64,000 nucleotides of DNA from an uncultured Thermoplasmatales archaeon (GCA_964414415.1 CAYPWJ010000003.1:38784-102783), one strand, 5' to 3'. Counted from the stretch's first letter, positions 34,966-45,000 are shown. The notes: a model not told the origin generated them from the letters alone. Made by a program: numbers and translations.

Positions 34966-36120
34966 GTGAACAGCATGGTCGAGATAAAACCATTCAGCGG
35001 CATCAGGCCGACCGACCCGGCGTCGTTCTGCATAAAGCCATACGACGTCATCGGCGACGAAGAACTCCGGCGGCTCCGCCAGGGTGACAGCGCAATCCAC
35101 GTCATCCTGCCCGAGGGAGACGGCGACGAGGTCTACGACAACGCCAGGCGCGCGCTTCAGCAGGCAAAGGAGAAGATGACCCGGGACGAGCCATCCATCT
35201 ATCTCTACCGGGAGAGCAGCGAGGAGTTTACGCAGCGCGGCTTCATCCTCACCGCCTCGCTCGGGGACTACGAGGCAGGCCGGATAAAAAAACACGAGGA
35301 GACACGGGAAAAACCGCTGTGTGACCGCGTGCGCCACATCGAAGCCACCGATGCCAACACCGGCCTCGTCTGGACGGTCTTCCGCAGCAACGCCCGGCTC
35401 AAACGGCTGATGGACAAGGCAGCCCGGGGTCAGCCCGTCGCCGATTTCGACAAATACGGCTACCGTCACACCCTCTGGCGGATATCCGACAGCGGCGCCA
35501 TCCAGGCTATCAGGGACGCCTTCCAGGACGTGCCGCTCTACATCGCCGACGGCCACCACCGGATGCGGGCCGCCTACGAGTACAGCCAGCGGCACGACGA
35601 CGAAGAGGCACAGTATGTCATGCTGTTCGCCGCCAGCGACGACGAAATGCGCATCCTGCCCTACAACCGGGTGATACGCGAGATAGACAGCGACTCCTTC
35701 ATCGACGACATCGCATCTACCTTCGAGGTCAGCAGGCTGGAGCAGCCGGCGGAGCCCGACGAGCACGAGATACAGCTCTACTACAACGGGGCATGGTGGC
35801 AGCTGCTACCCCACGACGTACCCGACGACATCGTTGCATCGCTCGACGTCAGCATCCTGCAGGAGCAGCTCCTCGACCCGGCGCTCGATATCACGGACGT
35901 CCGCAACGACCCAAATATTTTCTTCGAGGGCGGCGACCTCCCGCGCAGCCACTACGAGCACCTCGTCGACCGAGAGGGCAACGCCGCTGTCTTCTATCTC
36001 CACCCCACGAGCATCGAGGATCTCGAGGCCGTCGCCGACGCAGCACGGAACATGCCTCCCAAGTCAACCTGGTTCGACCCCAAGCTGCTCACCGGGCTGG
36101 TGTTCCACTCGCTCCGCTAG
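34966..36120 (+). CDS. DUF1015 family protein
   Basis: IKPFSGIRP, PYDVI, IKKHEETR, LYIADGHHR, MPPKSTWFDPKLLTGL. Confidence 0.88.
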   Translation: MNSMVEIKPFSGIRPTDPASFCIKPYDVIGDEELRRLRQGDSAIHVILPEGDGDEVYDNARRALQQAKEKMTRDEPSIYLYRESSEEFTQRGFILTASLGDYEAGRIKKHEETREKPLCDRVRHIEATDANTGLVWTVFRSNARLKRLMDKAARGQPVADFDKYGYRHTLWRISDSGAIQAIRDAFQDVPLYIADGHHRMRAAYEYSQRHDDEEAQYVMLFAASDDEMRILPYNRVIREIDSDSFIDDIASTFEVSRLEQPAEPDEHEIQLYYNGAWWQLLPHDVPDDIVASLDVSILQEQLLDPALDITDVRNDPNIFFEGGDLPRSHYEHLVDREGNAAVFYLHPTSIEDLEAVADAARNMPPKSTWFDPKLLTGLVFHSLR

Positions 36121-37055
36121 TCCCACATCTTGACGCCGTCGCCTGAAACGGAGGTCACCAGCGCCCGCCCGCCGGCTTTCTCTATCGAGATGGCCACCCG
36201 CTCCGGCTCGTCGGTCAACGCGATGATGCTCCCGCCGCCACCCGCACCCGTCAGCTTGGCGCCGTAGGCACCGGCACGCCGGGCCGCCGCGATGAGCTTC
36301 TCCAGCGCGTCGGAACTCGCACCCAGCGTGTGCAGGTTTTTCTGCGCCTCGTTCATCGTCTCGCCCAGGGCGACGTAGTCCCGCTGCTGCAGCGCCTCGA
36401 CGCCGTCGATGACGAGCTCCCCGATACGCTCGGTGAGCTCACGGCCGAAGCTCGAATGAGTGACGAAACGCCGCACTTTTTTGACCTGCCGCGGGGTCTT
36501 CGACTTGATGCCGGTCATCCCGACGACGATGTGGACGTCCTCCATCGGCGGGATCTCGACCTCGTGGACGTACCAGGTCTTCCCGTCGCGGCTGATCTTC
36601 CAGAGGAACCCGTCACGTTGCTCCCGGGCCAGCAGGATAGCGCCCCCGTGGGTGCACGCCGACGTGTCGTTGGGGCTGCCGCCGCCCTGCACCTCGTACT
36701 CGACCTCGAAGCTCTCACGTGCCACCTGCTCCAGGGAAAACGTGTCGTCGAGGCTGCGGATGCATGCAACCGACGCGGTGGTGATCGCCGCCGAGGAGCC
36801 GAGCCCGCTGGCCGACGGGATGTTGGAAAACGTCGTCGTCTGCAGCGGCGGGCCGTCCCACAGCGTCTCGATGGCATGCTTGATGTAGGTGTGCCGGTAG
36901 CCGTCAAGCGGCCGTCCGTTCACCTCGTTTGCCTCGCCTGGCCGCATCTCCACGCCGACACGGAGGTCGATGGCCGTCGAGAGGCAGGGCTGCCCGTACA
37001 TGACGCCGTGCTCGCCGAGCAAAATGATTTTCCCCGGAACCGATGTGACAGCCAT
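36117..37055 (-). CDS. mvk: Mevalonate kinase (GHMP)
   Basis: PGKIILLGEHGVMYG, PSASGLGSSAA, GAKLTGAGGGG. Confidence 0.88.
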   Translation of the reverse strand: MAVTSVPGKIILLGEHGVMYGQPCLSTAIDLRVGVEMRPGEANEVNGRPLDGYRHTYIKHAIETLWDGPPLQTTTFSNIPSASGLGSSAAITTASVACIRSLDDTFSLEQVARESFEVEYEVQGGGSPNDTSACTHGGAILLAREQRDGFLWKISRDGKTWYVHEVEIPPMEDVHIVVGMTGIKSKTPRQVKKVRRFVTHSSFGRELTERIGELVIDGVEALQQRDYVALGETMNEAQKNLHTLGASSDALEKLIAAARRAGAYGAKLTGAGGGGSIIALTDEPERVAISIEKAGGRALVTSVSGDGVKMWD

Positions 37056-37136
37056 CTATCGCCATAACGCCGGTAGGGTAAAAAAGTTACTGTTTCCGCC
37101 GGGCGGCAAGATATATATGGCGGGCGGTATACCACC

Positions 37137-37754
37137 ATGGACCGCCTGCTGGTGTTCGACTACGACGGCGTCCTCGTCGACAGCCTCGACGTCTTCAAGC
37201 GACATTTCCTTCAGGCCTGCAGAGACGAGGACATCGACGCCATACGCACCGAGGAGGACTTCCTGTCGCTCTTCGACGGCAACCTCTATCAAAGCATGAC
37301 GCAGCGTGGCCTGTCACGCGACCAGATCCTCACCGTCGTCTTTTCCGTCCGTGACGGCGTGATGGAGGAACGCGAGGCGATACAGCTCTTCCCCGGCATC
37401 CGGGAGGCGGTGCACGCGCTGGCCGAGGACAACACGCTCGCCGTCGTCACCTCCAACGACACCCAGGTCGTCAGGCATTTCCTCAAAGCGCGTGACATCG
37501 ATCGCTTCACCGACGTCATCGGCTCCGACAGAGAACCGAGCAAGCAGGCGAAACTCCAGCGCCTCAAGCGACATCACGACGCCGCCTGTTACTACATCGG
37601 CGACACCGTCGGCGACATCATCGAAGGCAAAAAAACCTCGGTGGCGACCGTCGCGGCCGCGTGGGGCTGGCACGACGAGCATCGTCTCCGCCAGGCAGAG
37701 CCGGACCACCTCATCCACCGGCCGGCGGAGCTACGCCACCTTTTCTCCCGCTGA
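37137..37754 (+). CDS. HAD-superfamily hydrolase (phosphoglycolate phosphatase-like)
   Basis: FDYDGVLVDS (DxD), VVTSN, YIGDTVGDI, AWGW. Confidence 0.85.
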   Translation: MDRLLVFDYDGVLVDSLDVFKRHFLQACRDEDIDAIRTEEDFLSLFDGNLYQSMTQRGLSRDQILTVVFSVRDGVMEEREAIQLFPGIREAVHALAEDNTLAVVTSNDTQVVRHFLKARDIDRFTDVIGSDREPSKQAKLQRLKRHHDAACYYIGDTVGDIIEGKKTSVATVAAAWGWHDEHRLRQAEPDHLIHRPAELRHLFSR

Positions 37755-37756
37755 TG

Positions 37757-39088
37757 TTACAGCAGCGCGTCAAGCCGGAAATAATGAACCGGCATCGAGC
37801 ACGCACGGGTCTCATCCCCGGCGAACGACACCACCATCTCCCCCGTTGACGGTTGCGCCACCCACTGGAACAGCGACCGATATATCTCGCTGACGTGCAC
37901 CGCGACGCCAAACACGAGATCCGTCCTCCCCGTGTACTCGTCACGCAGCAGATCCATCGTCCCGTTGAGGTCGAGCGTGCCGTACCGGCGCTCGACTTCC
38001 TCGCTCAGCGCACGGTAATGCATCCACGGGATAAACATGTAGGTCTTCCCGGTCAGCGCCCAGAAAAAACTCAGGGGGCCGCTCGGGTCGTAGCGCACCC
38101 GGTCGAGCTCGACCTCGGCGCACTGCGGCGTCACATACATCGGCGTCCGCCGCACCACGTCCTTGATCTGCCAGAACGGCGCCACGCCTTCCTCCTCGCT
38201 GTCCCAGGTGCCGACGTAGGAGATGTTCGCGGTCTGCTCCAGGGCGTAGCCCGCCGGCTGGCCTGCATCCGAGATGACGAAATTCCAGCCGCACGTCCGG
38301 TTGTGCGTCATGATGTCGACGGCCTCCCCGGCGCTGTCCGCCCGGTCGAGCACCATCCGCATCCGGAAGAAGGCGCTGATGCCGTGGAACGTCGTGTCGT
38401 TGGTCAGGCAGGTGTCCTCCCCGATGGCGATGCCCTGCTCGTTGAAGCCGCTCCAGCAGCCGATGTTGCCGGCGAACTCCGGATACATCGACGCATGCGC
38501 ACCGGCGGGGTCGCGAACCATGACGACAAGGGTGCTCTGCAGCCGCCGCCCCGTCACGGGATCCCTGACGTCGAGCTGCCAGTCGAAGCTCCGGACGTGG
38601 TAGAGACCGCCGCTCGCTGTCGCGTCGCCCCAGAGCGATATCTCGCAGCAGGATACCATGTGGTTGAACAGCGCCGGCATCGTGTTCAGCACCGCCACCT
38701 CCTCGAACGACAGCGACGAGCCGTCGGCCATGCCCTGCATCTCCTCCAGGTAGCAGCCGGGGAGATAGGGCCGCATGACACGCCAGACCTCGAGGATGTC
38801 CTCGTAGTCGTAGCCGTGCCGCTCGAACGCGTCGAGCTGTGCACGCATCGCAACGCCGATGCGCTCGTCCAGCAGCCTCCCGTGCTGGTAGCCCATCTCG
38901 TAGTAGGAGCCGTTGAGATGGAGCACAGTGACATTGCTCCGTGTCTCCAGCCAGCCGCCCTCCACCGGTGCATCCACCGTTCCCTCGCGGTCGACCCCGA
39001 GCTGGATATCGTGCAGTCCCAGGGACGGCGTGACCAGCAGCGCCGCGACGGCGACACCCAGCACCAGCGTAGCGATATCTCGATGCAT
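37757..39088 (-). CDS. Secreted C45-family (Ntn) peptidase/acyltransferase
   Basis: Signal peptide; GSYYEMGYQHG, YLEEMQGMADG, SCCEISLWG (predicted autoprocessing Cys), RSFDW, GFNEQGIAIG. Confidence 0.78.
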   Translation of the reverse strand: MHRDIATLVLGVAVAALLVTPSLGLHDIQLGVDREGTVDAPVEGGWLETRSNVTVLHLNGSYYEMGYQHGRLLDERIGVAMRAQLDAFERHGYDYEDILEVWRVMRPYLPGCYLEEMQGMADGSSLSFEEVAVLNTMPALFNHMVSCCEISLWGDATASGGLYHVRSFDWQLDVRDPVTGRRLQSTLVVMVRDPAGAHASMYPEFAGNIGCWSGFNEQGIAIGEDTCLTNDTTFHGISAFFRMRMVLDRADSAGEAVDIMTHNRTCGWNFVISDAGQPAGYALEQTANISYVGTWDSEEEGVAPFWQIKDVVRRTPMYVTPQCAEVELDRVRYDPSGPLSFFWALTGKTYMFIPWMHYRALSEEVERRYGTLDLNGTMDLLRDEYTGRTDLVFGVAVHVSEIYRSLFQWVAQPSTGEMVVSFAGDETRACSMPVHYFRLDALL

Positions 39089-39162
39089 GGTCTCACATCT
39101 GCAATAGCTCCCGGTTTAAATAGTATCCCGTGCCATTGCGGGGCATGGCTTCACTGGAAAAG

Positions 39163-40626
39163 CTACATCCAGGTGAACACCCACATGGCGGCCGCGCCGG
39201 CGTTGCCGGCAGCGTCGTATGCCTTCACCTCAAGCCGATGCAGGCCGAACCGGGCGTCCGACCATTTCTGCTCGAGCGATGGCCCGTCGGTCGAGGTCAC
39301 CAGCTCGCCGTCGCGGTAGTACTCGATCCTGTCGAGGCCGGAGAGCGCATCCGTCGCCGTGGCCTCAACGGTGACGGGACCGATGATGACGACGCCGAGC
39401 GGCATGTCACGGTGATCGCCGAAGAAGTACAGCTTTCCCCGTTCAGGCCGGGTGATGCTGACATCCGGCGCGCTGCCGTCGACGTAGACCGGGGTGCTGG
39501 AGGTTGCCTGTCGCCCATCGCCGTCGGTGACGGTGAGCTCAACCTCGTATGTTCCCTCCTCGTCGTAGGTGTGCGCTGGCGTCGCACCGGTCGCGGTGTC
39601 CCCGTCGTCGAAATCCCAGGAGTAGGAGACGACGGGGGCCACGAAACCGGTGCTTTTGCTGCCGTCAAACGCGACGGACCGACCGGCCTCCGTATAGTAC
39701 GGCCCGCCGGCTCTGGCAACGACCGGAGACGTGTCCACCGCGATGAGGAAATGCTCTATCTGGCAGTCTCCATAGGCAATCCGGAAGTATCCGTCCTCGC
39801 CCCAGCCGGCGCCCCAGCTGTTCTTGACAATCCAGTATCCCTCGTCCTCGCCACCCCAGCTGTCGTCGTAGCCCGTAATGACCACCTGATGGTTGATGTC
39901 CCTGGTCGGCTCCTCCCCGGGATGCTCATAGACGCCGCCGTCGTAGCCGCCGAAGTCGTCATAGACAGCCATCTCCGCCACCAGTGGCCCGTGCTCGACC
40001 AGCAGCGCCTTGACGTCCCTCCGGGCTGGATCGCTGTATCCGTCGTACTCGGTGACCGGATAGAGCGTGTCACGCCAGCCGTCGCATTTATCAGCGCAGG
40101 GGATACCATCGTCTGCACGGTAGGGGAAGCACTCCTCGGTGATGGCGCCGCCGTGACTGTGGAGATACCCGTAGGCCCACCAGGCGTTCCATCCGCTGCA
40201 GCCGCCGCTGGCCGGGGGACACGACAGCAGGTATTGCTCGGACAGGTCAACGTCGACATCAGGACTCCGCGCCTCGATGTTTACCATGGCCTCCAGTGCG
40301 CCGACGGCCGCGAAGCCCCAGCAGCTGCCGCAGCTGCCCTGCGACTTGGCGACGGTCATCCAGTTTCCACTCACGTTGCCCAGGGATGCATCCCGCCAGT
40401 CCCACGCCGGAGGTACCCCGCCGCCGGACACCGCGGGGCTCTCGCCGTTCACCTGGAGGTCGTATGTATCGATGGGGACACATCCATATCCGTGCCGTGA
40501 GGCGTCGCCGCTGTCGACGGAGGTGACGCTCGTCTCGCCCACACCCAGGTTGTGGACGGCGGGCACGAGAAACAGCACCGCCACCGTTATACACGCCAGG
40601 CTTTTCGAGAGATGGTTTCGCTGCAT
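39163..40626 (-). CDS. Secreted papain-like (C1) cysteine peptidase with PKD and C-terminal Ig-like module
   Basis: WDWR, QGSCGSCWGF, DLSEQYLLSC, NHQVVITGY, IVKNSWG; PKD FDGSKS..YSWDFDDG; shared C-terminal module. Confidence 0.9.
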   Translation of the reverse strand: MQRNHLSKSLACITVAVLFLVPAVHNLGVGETSVTSVDSGDASRHGYGCVPIDTYDLQVNGESPAVSGGGVPPAWDWRDASLGNVSGNWMTVAKSQGSCGSCWGFAAVGALEAMVNIEARSPDVDVDLSEQYLLSCPPASGGCSGWNAWWAYGYLHSHGGAITEECFPYRADDGIPCADKCDGWRDTLYPVTEYDGYSDPARRDVKALLVEHGPLVAEMAVYDDFGGYDGGVYEHPGEEPTRDINHQVVITGYDDSWGGEDEGYWIVKNSWGAGWGEDGYFRIAYGDCQIEHFLIAVDTSPVVARAGGPYYTEAGRSVAFDGSKSTGFVAPVVSYSWDFDDGDTATGATPAHTYDEEGTYEVELTVTDGDGRQATSSTPVYVDGSAPDVSITRPERGKLYFFGDHRDMPLGVVIIGPVTVEATATDALSGLDRIEYYRDGELVTSTDGPSLEQKWSDARFGLHRLEVKAYDAAGNAGAAAMWVFTWM

Positions 40627-40697
40627 TGGCCATGAACAACGGCAGGGGTATTTTAAATGCTTTTACTGCCCGGCTGGCAGCGTGGCATCTGCCTTTT

Positions 40698-40817
40698 TCA
40701 GGTGTTAGGTCCCTGGAGGATCTCCCGCCATTCCTCCCGGCAGAACGGACAGGTCACCTGGTTGACACCCTTGATTTTTTCGTAGTAGAAGACGCCGCGG
40801 CACTGCAGAATCGTCAT
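40698..40817 (-). CDS. Possible small Cys-containing protein or gene remnant (39 aa)
   Basis: MTILQCRGVFYYEKIKGVNQVTCPFCREEWREILQGPNT, with coding-like codons in an otherwise intergenic region. Confidence 0.3.
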   Translation of the reverse strand: MTILQCRGVFYYEKIKGVNQVTCPFCREEWREILQGPNT

Positions 40818-41054
40818 CTCGAGCTCGCCCTGGCCGTTGGCCCGTCTGGGGAACGTATAATTGCTGGACTTAAAATTTATTAAACTACCGCTATTAGGAT
40901 GCTGGGGCAGGCAAAAATCTGAAACTCTAACCGTGAGGTTTTATGTTTTGCAAGCTTGCCTCCGACATGCCTGCTCCTCCCTTATCCTCAAAATATACGG
41001 CGGCAGACAGCTTCAGCAGAGGGAAAGCGCACCAACTCCGTGAAGAGGAACATT

Positions 41055-41083
41055 AGAGAAAAAAAGAAGGGAAAAAGAGAGGG
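41055..41083 (-). terminator. Polypyrimidine tract after the 41084 gene; putative terminator
   Basis: agagaaaaaaagaagggaaaaagagaggg on +, directly after the stop on -. Confidence 0.45.
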
Positions 41084-42658
41084 CTACAGTCCAAGGACGA
41101 GTGGCCCGAGGATGAAGCCGCTCATGCTCTTGGTGGCACCGCCCGCCTCGATAGATATCGTAGTGGGTCCAACACCGACGACGAGGCCTGTGCTGATGTC
41201 CTTCGACTCGCCGGCCGGCAGCACATCGATGGTACCGGTCGTAGTGCCGCCCACGAATACGGGTCCGCTGAACTCGATGGACCAGTCCACGTTTTCCGCT
41301 GGAGCGCTGCCCGTGTTGGATACCGTTGCCTTCAGGCCAAATCCACCGGATACAGCAGGAATCTCGATGCTGGGTGCTGGCAGCACATCGTAATATATGT
41401 CCTTGTTGCCGTTGCGGTTGTCCGTCCAGATGATGCCACCCTGTGATATCTGGAGCGACGATGGCTCCTCGACCACGGTGCCGTCTTCGTCGTTGACCTG
41501 TTCAGGCTCCTCCCAGCTGGCGCCGCCGTCCGTTGACTTCGTGAGATAGAGGTTGCCGTCACGGATAAAGGAACAGTAGACGGTAGAGCCGCTCATAAAT
41601 ATGTCTGGATGCAGGTCGTCGGTCTGTGCCTCCGCGGGGAAGGATCCATCCTGCCATGTTTCTCCTTCATCGGAGGAATACTTGCAGGTGAGATCCCAGT
41701 CGCCATAGGTCGGGTTCTGCGACATGTATACCACGCATAGATGGCTGCCGCTGGCCCCGACAGCCGGGTCCTTGTAGGGGTCGCTGCCTTCCCACGTCTT
41801 GACAGGCCAAAGGGCCATGTCACTCTCTTTGTTTGGGTCGCCCCAGTGAATACCGATGCCGTGTGCACCTGAAGACTCGTTTTCGTAGTCCCAGACCTCC
41901 CAGAAGTGGTTCGATGTCGCCGCCATGTCAGCATTGTATGACAGCGGGAAATACTGGTCGCCTGTCCAATAGTATCCGGCCTCCTCCCATTTACCGAGCA
42001 TGAATCCTCCCTCGATTGCGCTTTGGAGGTTGTAGCCCGAGTATTCGACATGCCCGGTATATCCCCAGCCCCATGACGTCTCGCTCATGGCAGCCGCTGA
42101 AAGCGAGGAGCGCTCTGAGTCATATCCGCTCTGATCGAGATAGCCAGTCTGCCATGCCCCCGGGTCTGCAGGATCTGGGGCATAGAGGACATAGAATCGC
42201 TGTGCCGTCCGGTCGTTCCAGACGCCGTACATGACATCGCTGTCCGGCGGGGTGACCAGGGCCGGCCAGTTCTGCAGGTTGCTCGCCATATCGCCGGTGT
42301 CGGTGTTGTAGAGCTCGTTCCAGCTGCTTCCGTCGGTGGACCGCATGAAATAGATATGTCCCTCAAGGGCTCCGAGCTGCCGTTCCCAGGCTGCCACGTA
42401 GCTGCCGTCCGGCGCTTTCACTACGACCGGATGCCTATCGTCTTCCTCTGAGGAGGAAAGCTGGATGTCGCCGTTGCCTCCGGATGCGGCGGCTGTACGC
42501 TGTTCTGTCAGTTTAGTCGGGTCACTGGGGTGCTTGTCCACATTGGCGGTAAGCTCGTCGGGGGTATCTGTGCTGGAAAAAGACTGTGCTATTGGAACAC
42601 ACAGCATAGCACCAGCCACGACTGCTATAGCCATAATTTTGCTTGCTTTTACGCTCAT
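41084..42658 (-). CDS. Secreted BNR/Asp-box (sialidase-fold-like) protein with a CARDB-like C-terminus, paralog A
   Basis: Signal peptide; Asp-box-like motifs RSTDGSSW, YSSDEGETW, KSTDGGASW; ends SGFILGPLVLGL. Confidence 0.72.
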   Translation of the reverse strand: MSVKASKIMAIAVVAGAMLCVPIAQSFSSTDTPDELTANVDKHPSDPTKLTEQRTAAASGGNGDIQLSSSEEDDRHPVVVKAPDGSYVAAWERQLGALEGHIYFMRSTDGSSWNELYNTDTGDMASNLQNWPALVTPPDSDVMYGVWNDRTAQRFYVLYAPDPADPGAWQTGYLDQSGYDSERSSLSAAAMSETSWGWGYTGHVEYSGYNLQSAIEGGFMLGKWEEAGYYWTGDQYFPLSYNADMAATSNHFWEVWDYENESSGAHGIGIHWGDPNKESDMALWPVKTWEGSDPYKDPAVGASGSHLCVVYMSQNPTYGDWDLTCKYSSDEGETWQDGSFPAEAQTDDLHPDIFMSGSTVYCSFIRDGNLYLTKSTDGGASWEEPEQVNDEDGTVVEEPSSLQISQGGIIWTDNRNGNKDIYYDVLPAPSIEIPAVSGGFGLKATVSNTGSAPAENVDWSIEFSGPVFVGGTTTGTIDVLPAGESKDISTGLVVGVGPTTISIEAGGATKSMSGFILGPLVLGL

Positions 42659-43090
42659 TCTTCTGCCTCCAGGTATGTATCAAGCGCTGTCTTAAAAATG
42701 TATCGAATAAATATAAGAGTGAAAAGGCTCTATTTGGGGTGTCATGGCGGCCACCTGCCGCCCCGGGGCCTCTGGACGGTGACCACTGCCTAGTTCTCCC
42801 GATCGTTTCCCTGTCCAAAGAGATGGACCACCAACACCAGTTTAAATCTTTTATTTCAACAATTTTATCGGAGATCACCCGTCTCAAGATGAACCAAAAG
42901 AAATCACATACAGCGTCGCCATCCTCAAAGTCAAATAAATACTTGACATATACGGCTTCATCTCGAAACTATCGTAACTGGCATCGACCAGGCGAAAAAA
43001 CCTCCTTACGCTCTTCAAGCCAAGCGCTTTGGTTTGCCGGTATTGGAGGTATTACATGGTATATGGTTTTCGAGAGAGTCGAGAGAGCCG

Positions 43091-43127
43091 AAATTAAAAA
43101 AGAAGAGAGATAGAGAGGGAGAGATGG
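43091..43127 (-). terminator. Polypyrimidine tract after the 43128 gene; putative terminator
   Basis: Purine-rich aaattaaaaaagaagagagatagagagggagagatgg on +, after the stop on -. Confidence 0.4.
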
Positions 43128-44777
43128 CTATAGCCCGAGGACAAGCGGCCCAAGGATGAAGCCGCTTGCACTGCCGGTGGCGCCGCCTGCAGCGACCGAT
43201 ATCGTCGTTGGGCCGATGCCGACCGCGAGGCCGCTGCTAATGGATGTTGACTCACCTGCAGGCAGGCTGTCTATGGTGCCCTCCGCGTGGCTGCCGACGA
43301 AGACCGGGCCGGACAGGTCGATGGTCCACGCGACGTCGCTGGCAGCCTCTGTTCCTGTATTGCTGACGGTGGCAGTGGCGCCAACGCCGCCCGTGACACT
43401 TTCCACGTTGAGCTGCGGCGCCGGGACAGGTGCCCAATATATGTCGTTGTTGCCGTTGCGGTTGTCCGTCCAGACGATGCCGCTGCTGTGGATGTCGATG
43501 GTGTTTTCCCCGGATACAACGGTGCCGTCCTCCTCGTTTATCTGCGATGGCTCTGCCCAGGTTGCGCCGCCGTCAGTGGACTCCGTGAAGTAGAGGTTTC
43601 CATCTTTTTCGTAGGCCACGTAGACGGTGCTGCCGCTCATGTAGACCGCCGGGAAGCTCTCGTCCACCTGATGCTCATTGGCGACAAACGTGGTGTCCCA
43701 TGTTTCTCCGGCGTCCGACGTGTACTTGCAGCGGATGTCCCAGTCACCGTAGTTGTTGTCCGTGGTCATGTAGACGACAACTGCCCTGTCTCCCGATGCT
43801 TCAACGCTCGGGTGCGCTGCTTCATAGCCTGCCTCGTCTCCGCCATCCAGGAAGTAGGAGTTCTCGGCGTATTCGATGTCGCTCTCCTGGACCGGGATAC
43901 ATTTCTTGTAATATATCTGGGATTTTTCTTCAATATTAGACTGGCATACCACATAGAAGAATTCACCCTTGCTGTCCCAGCCAGGGTTATTGTCGTGGAC
44001 GGCAGCTGTCTCGATGTCCTGCGACGGCGTATACTGGCCTGCTGGACCTGTTCCGGAATCCCAGTTCCAGACGATTGAGCCAAGGTTTTCACCAGCGCCG
44101 CACCACCACAGCTCGAGGCCCTGGTTCATGCCCTCGTCGTCGTTGATCATCGCCGGGACGGGGCCGGGTCCATAATCGAAGCCCATGTTGTTGTACCACA
44201 TGTGGTCTTCGAAGTTGAGGCAGGTTGCCCCGGGCCGTCTGCCTTCTTCCCAGCTATATGCCTTCCAGGTTTCACTGTCGGTAATATCCGGGATCTGGGT
44301 AAAGTAGCCGCCCTGGTTCGTCCGCTCCAGGCATTCCAGCCACAGGCCTTCGTAATCAGGCCCTTCGTACCTGGTGGCGTCAAAGTAGGCCATGTCTCCA
44401 TACCAGGCGTAGCCGTCGAAGCCGAGCAGCGACGCGCTCCATGATTCACCGTCGTTGGAGGAGTAAGCCAACCCGATATCTGCGTTAAAAGCACTCTTTA
44501 CCTGCGTCCAGACGACGCCGGTGTTGCCGTCCCCGTCTTCAGTAATCCGGGGGATGGTGTCGTTTTTCGGGCTTTCCTTCGTCAGCAGGACATTTCCCTG
44601 TCCGCCAGCCGTCGACGTCTGCATCGGCGAGAGATCGAGCGATATACGCTCTGCATCGTCGAACTGCATCGACGACGCGTCTTCATTGTCATCGGCTGCC
44701 TGCATCACCGGCACCGCCGCCGCTCCCATCATCACCACCGCTATCGCTACACTCAGCATAATTTTTCTCGTTTGCAT
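43128..44777 (-). CDS. Secreted BNR/Asp-box protein with a CARDB-like C-terminus, paralog B
   Basis: Signal peptide; YSSNDGESW, YTSDAGETW, ESTDGGATW; ends SGFILGPLVLGL. A 33-bp DNA stretch (43449-43481) is 32/33 identical to 41405-41437. Confidence 0.72.
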   Translation of the reverse strand: MQTRKIMLSVAIAVVMMGAAAVPVMQAADDNEDASSMQFDDAERISLDLSPMQTSTAGGQGNVLLTKESPKNDTIPRITEDGDGNTGVVWTQVKSAFNADIGLAYSSNDGESWSASLLGFDGYAWYGDMAYFDATRYEGPDYEGLWLECLERTNQGGYFTQIPDITDSETWKAYSWEEGRRPGATCLNFEDHMWYNNMGFDYGPGPVPAMINDDEGMNQGLELWWCGAGENLGSIVWNWDSGTGPAGQYTPSQDIETAAVHDNNPGWDSKGEFFYVVCQSNIEEKSQIYYKKCIPVQESDIEYAENSYFLDGGDEAGYEAAHPSVEASGDRAVVVYMTTDNNYGDWDIRCKYTSDAGETWDTTFVANEHQVDESFPAVYMSGSTVYVAYEKDGNLYFTESTDGGATWAEPSQINEEDGTVVSGENTIDIHSSGIVWTDNRNGNNDIYWAPVPAPQLNVESVTGGVGATATVSNTGTEAASDVAWTIDLSGPVFVGSHAEGTIDSLPAGESTSISSGLAVGIGPTTISVAAGGATGSASGFILGPLVLGL

Positions 44778-44882
44778 GGTATCTTGCCTCCTTTTCGTAA
44801 TGAGGTATATGCTTAAATAGTTATTGATGATTTTTTTGCCGTCCGCATAGCGCGTATGTTAGCCCGTATTATAAAAGAAGAG

Positions 44883-44966
44883 CGCGGGGAGCGAGATTCG
44901 AACTCGCGAGGGCATACGCCCACAGGATTAGCAATCCTGCGCCGTACCAGGCTGGGCCATCCCCGC
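44883..44966 (-). tRNA. tRNA-Ser(GCT); CCA not encoded
   Basis: Reverse complement GCGGGGA-TG-GCCCAGCCTGGTACGGC-G-CAGGA-TTGCTAA-TCCTG-long variable arm-GCGAG-TTCGAAT-CTCGC-TCCCCGC-G. All stems pair; discriminator G. Confidence 0.95.
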
Positions 44967-45000
44967 AGCTGAGAATGGAATATGACGGCGGCATAAAAAG

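Noticed and set aside
42643-43113. 156-aa + strand ORF, and 40956-41393 and 33837-34268
   Set aside because: They show no coding-like bias or motifs, run through promoters or terminators, and partly overlap real genes antisense.
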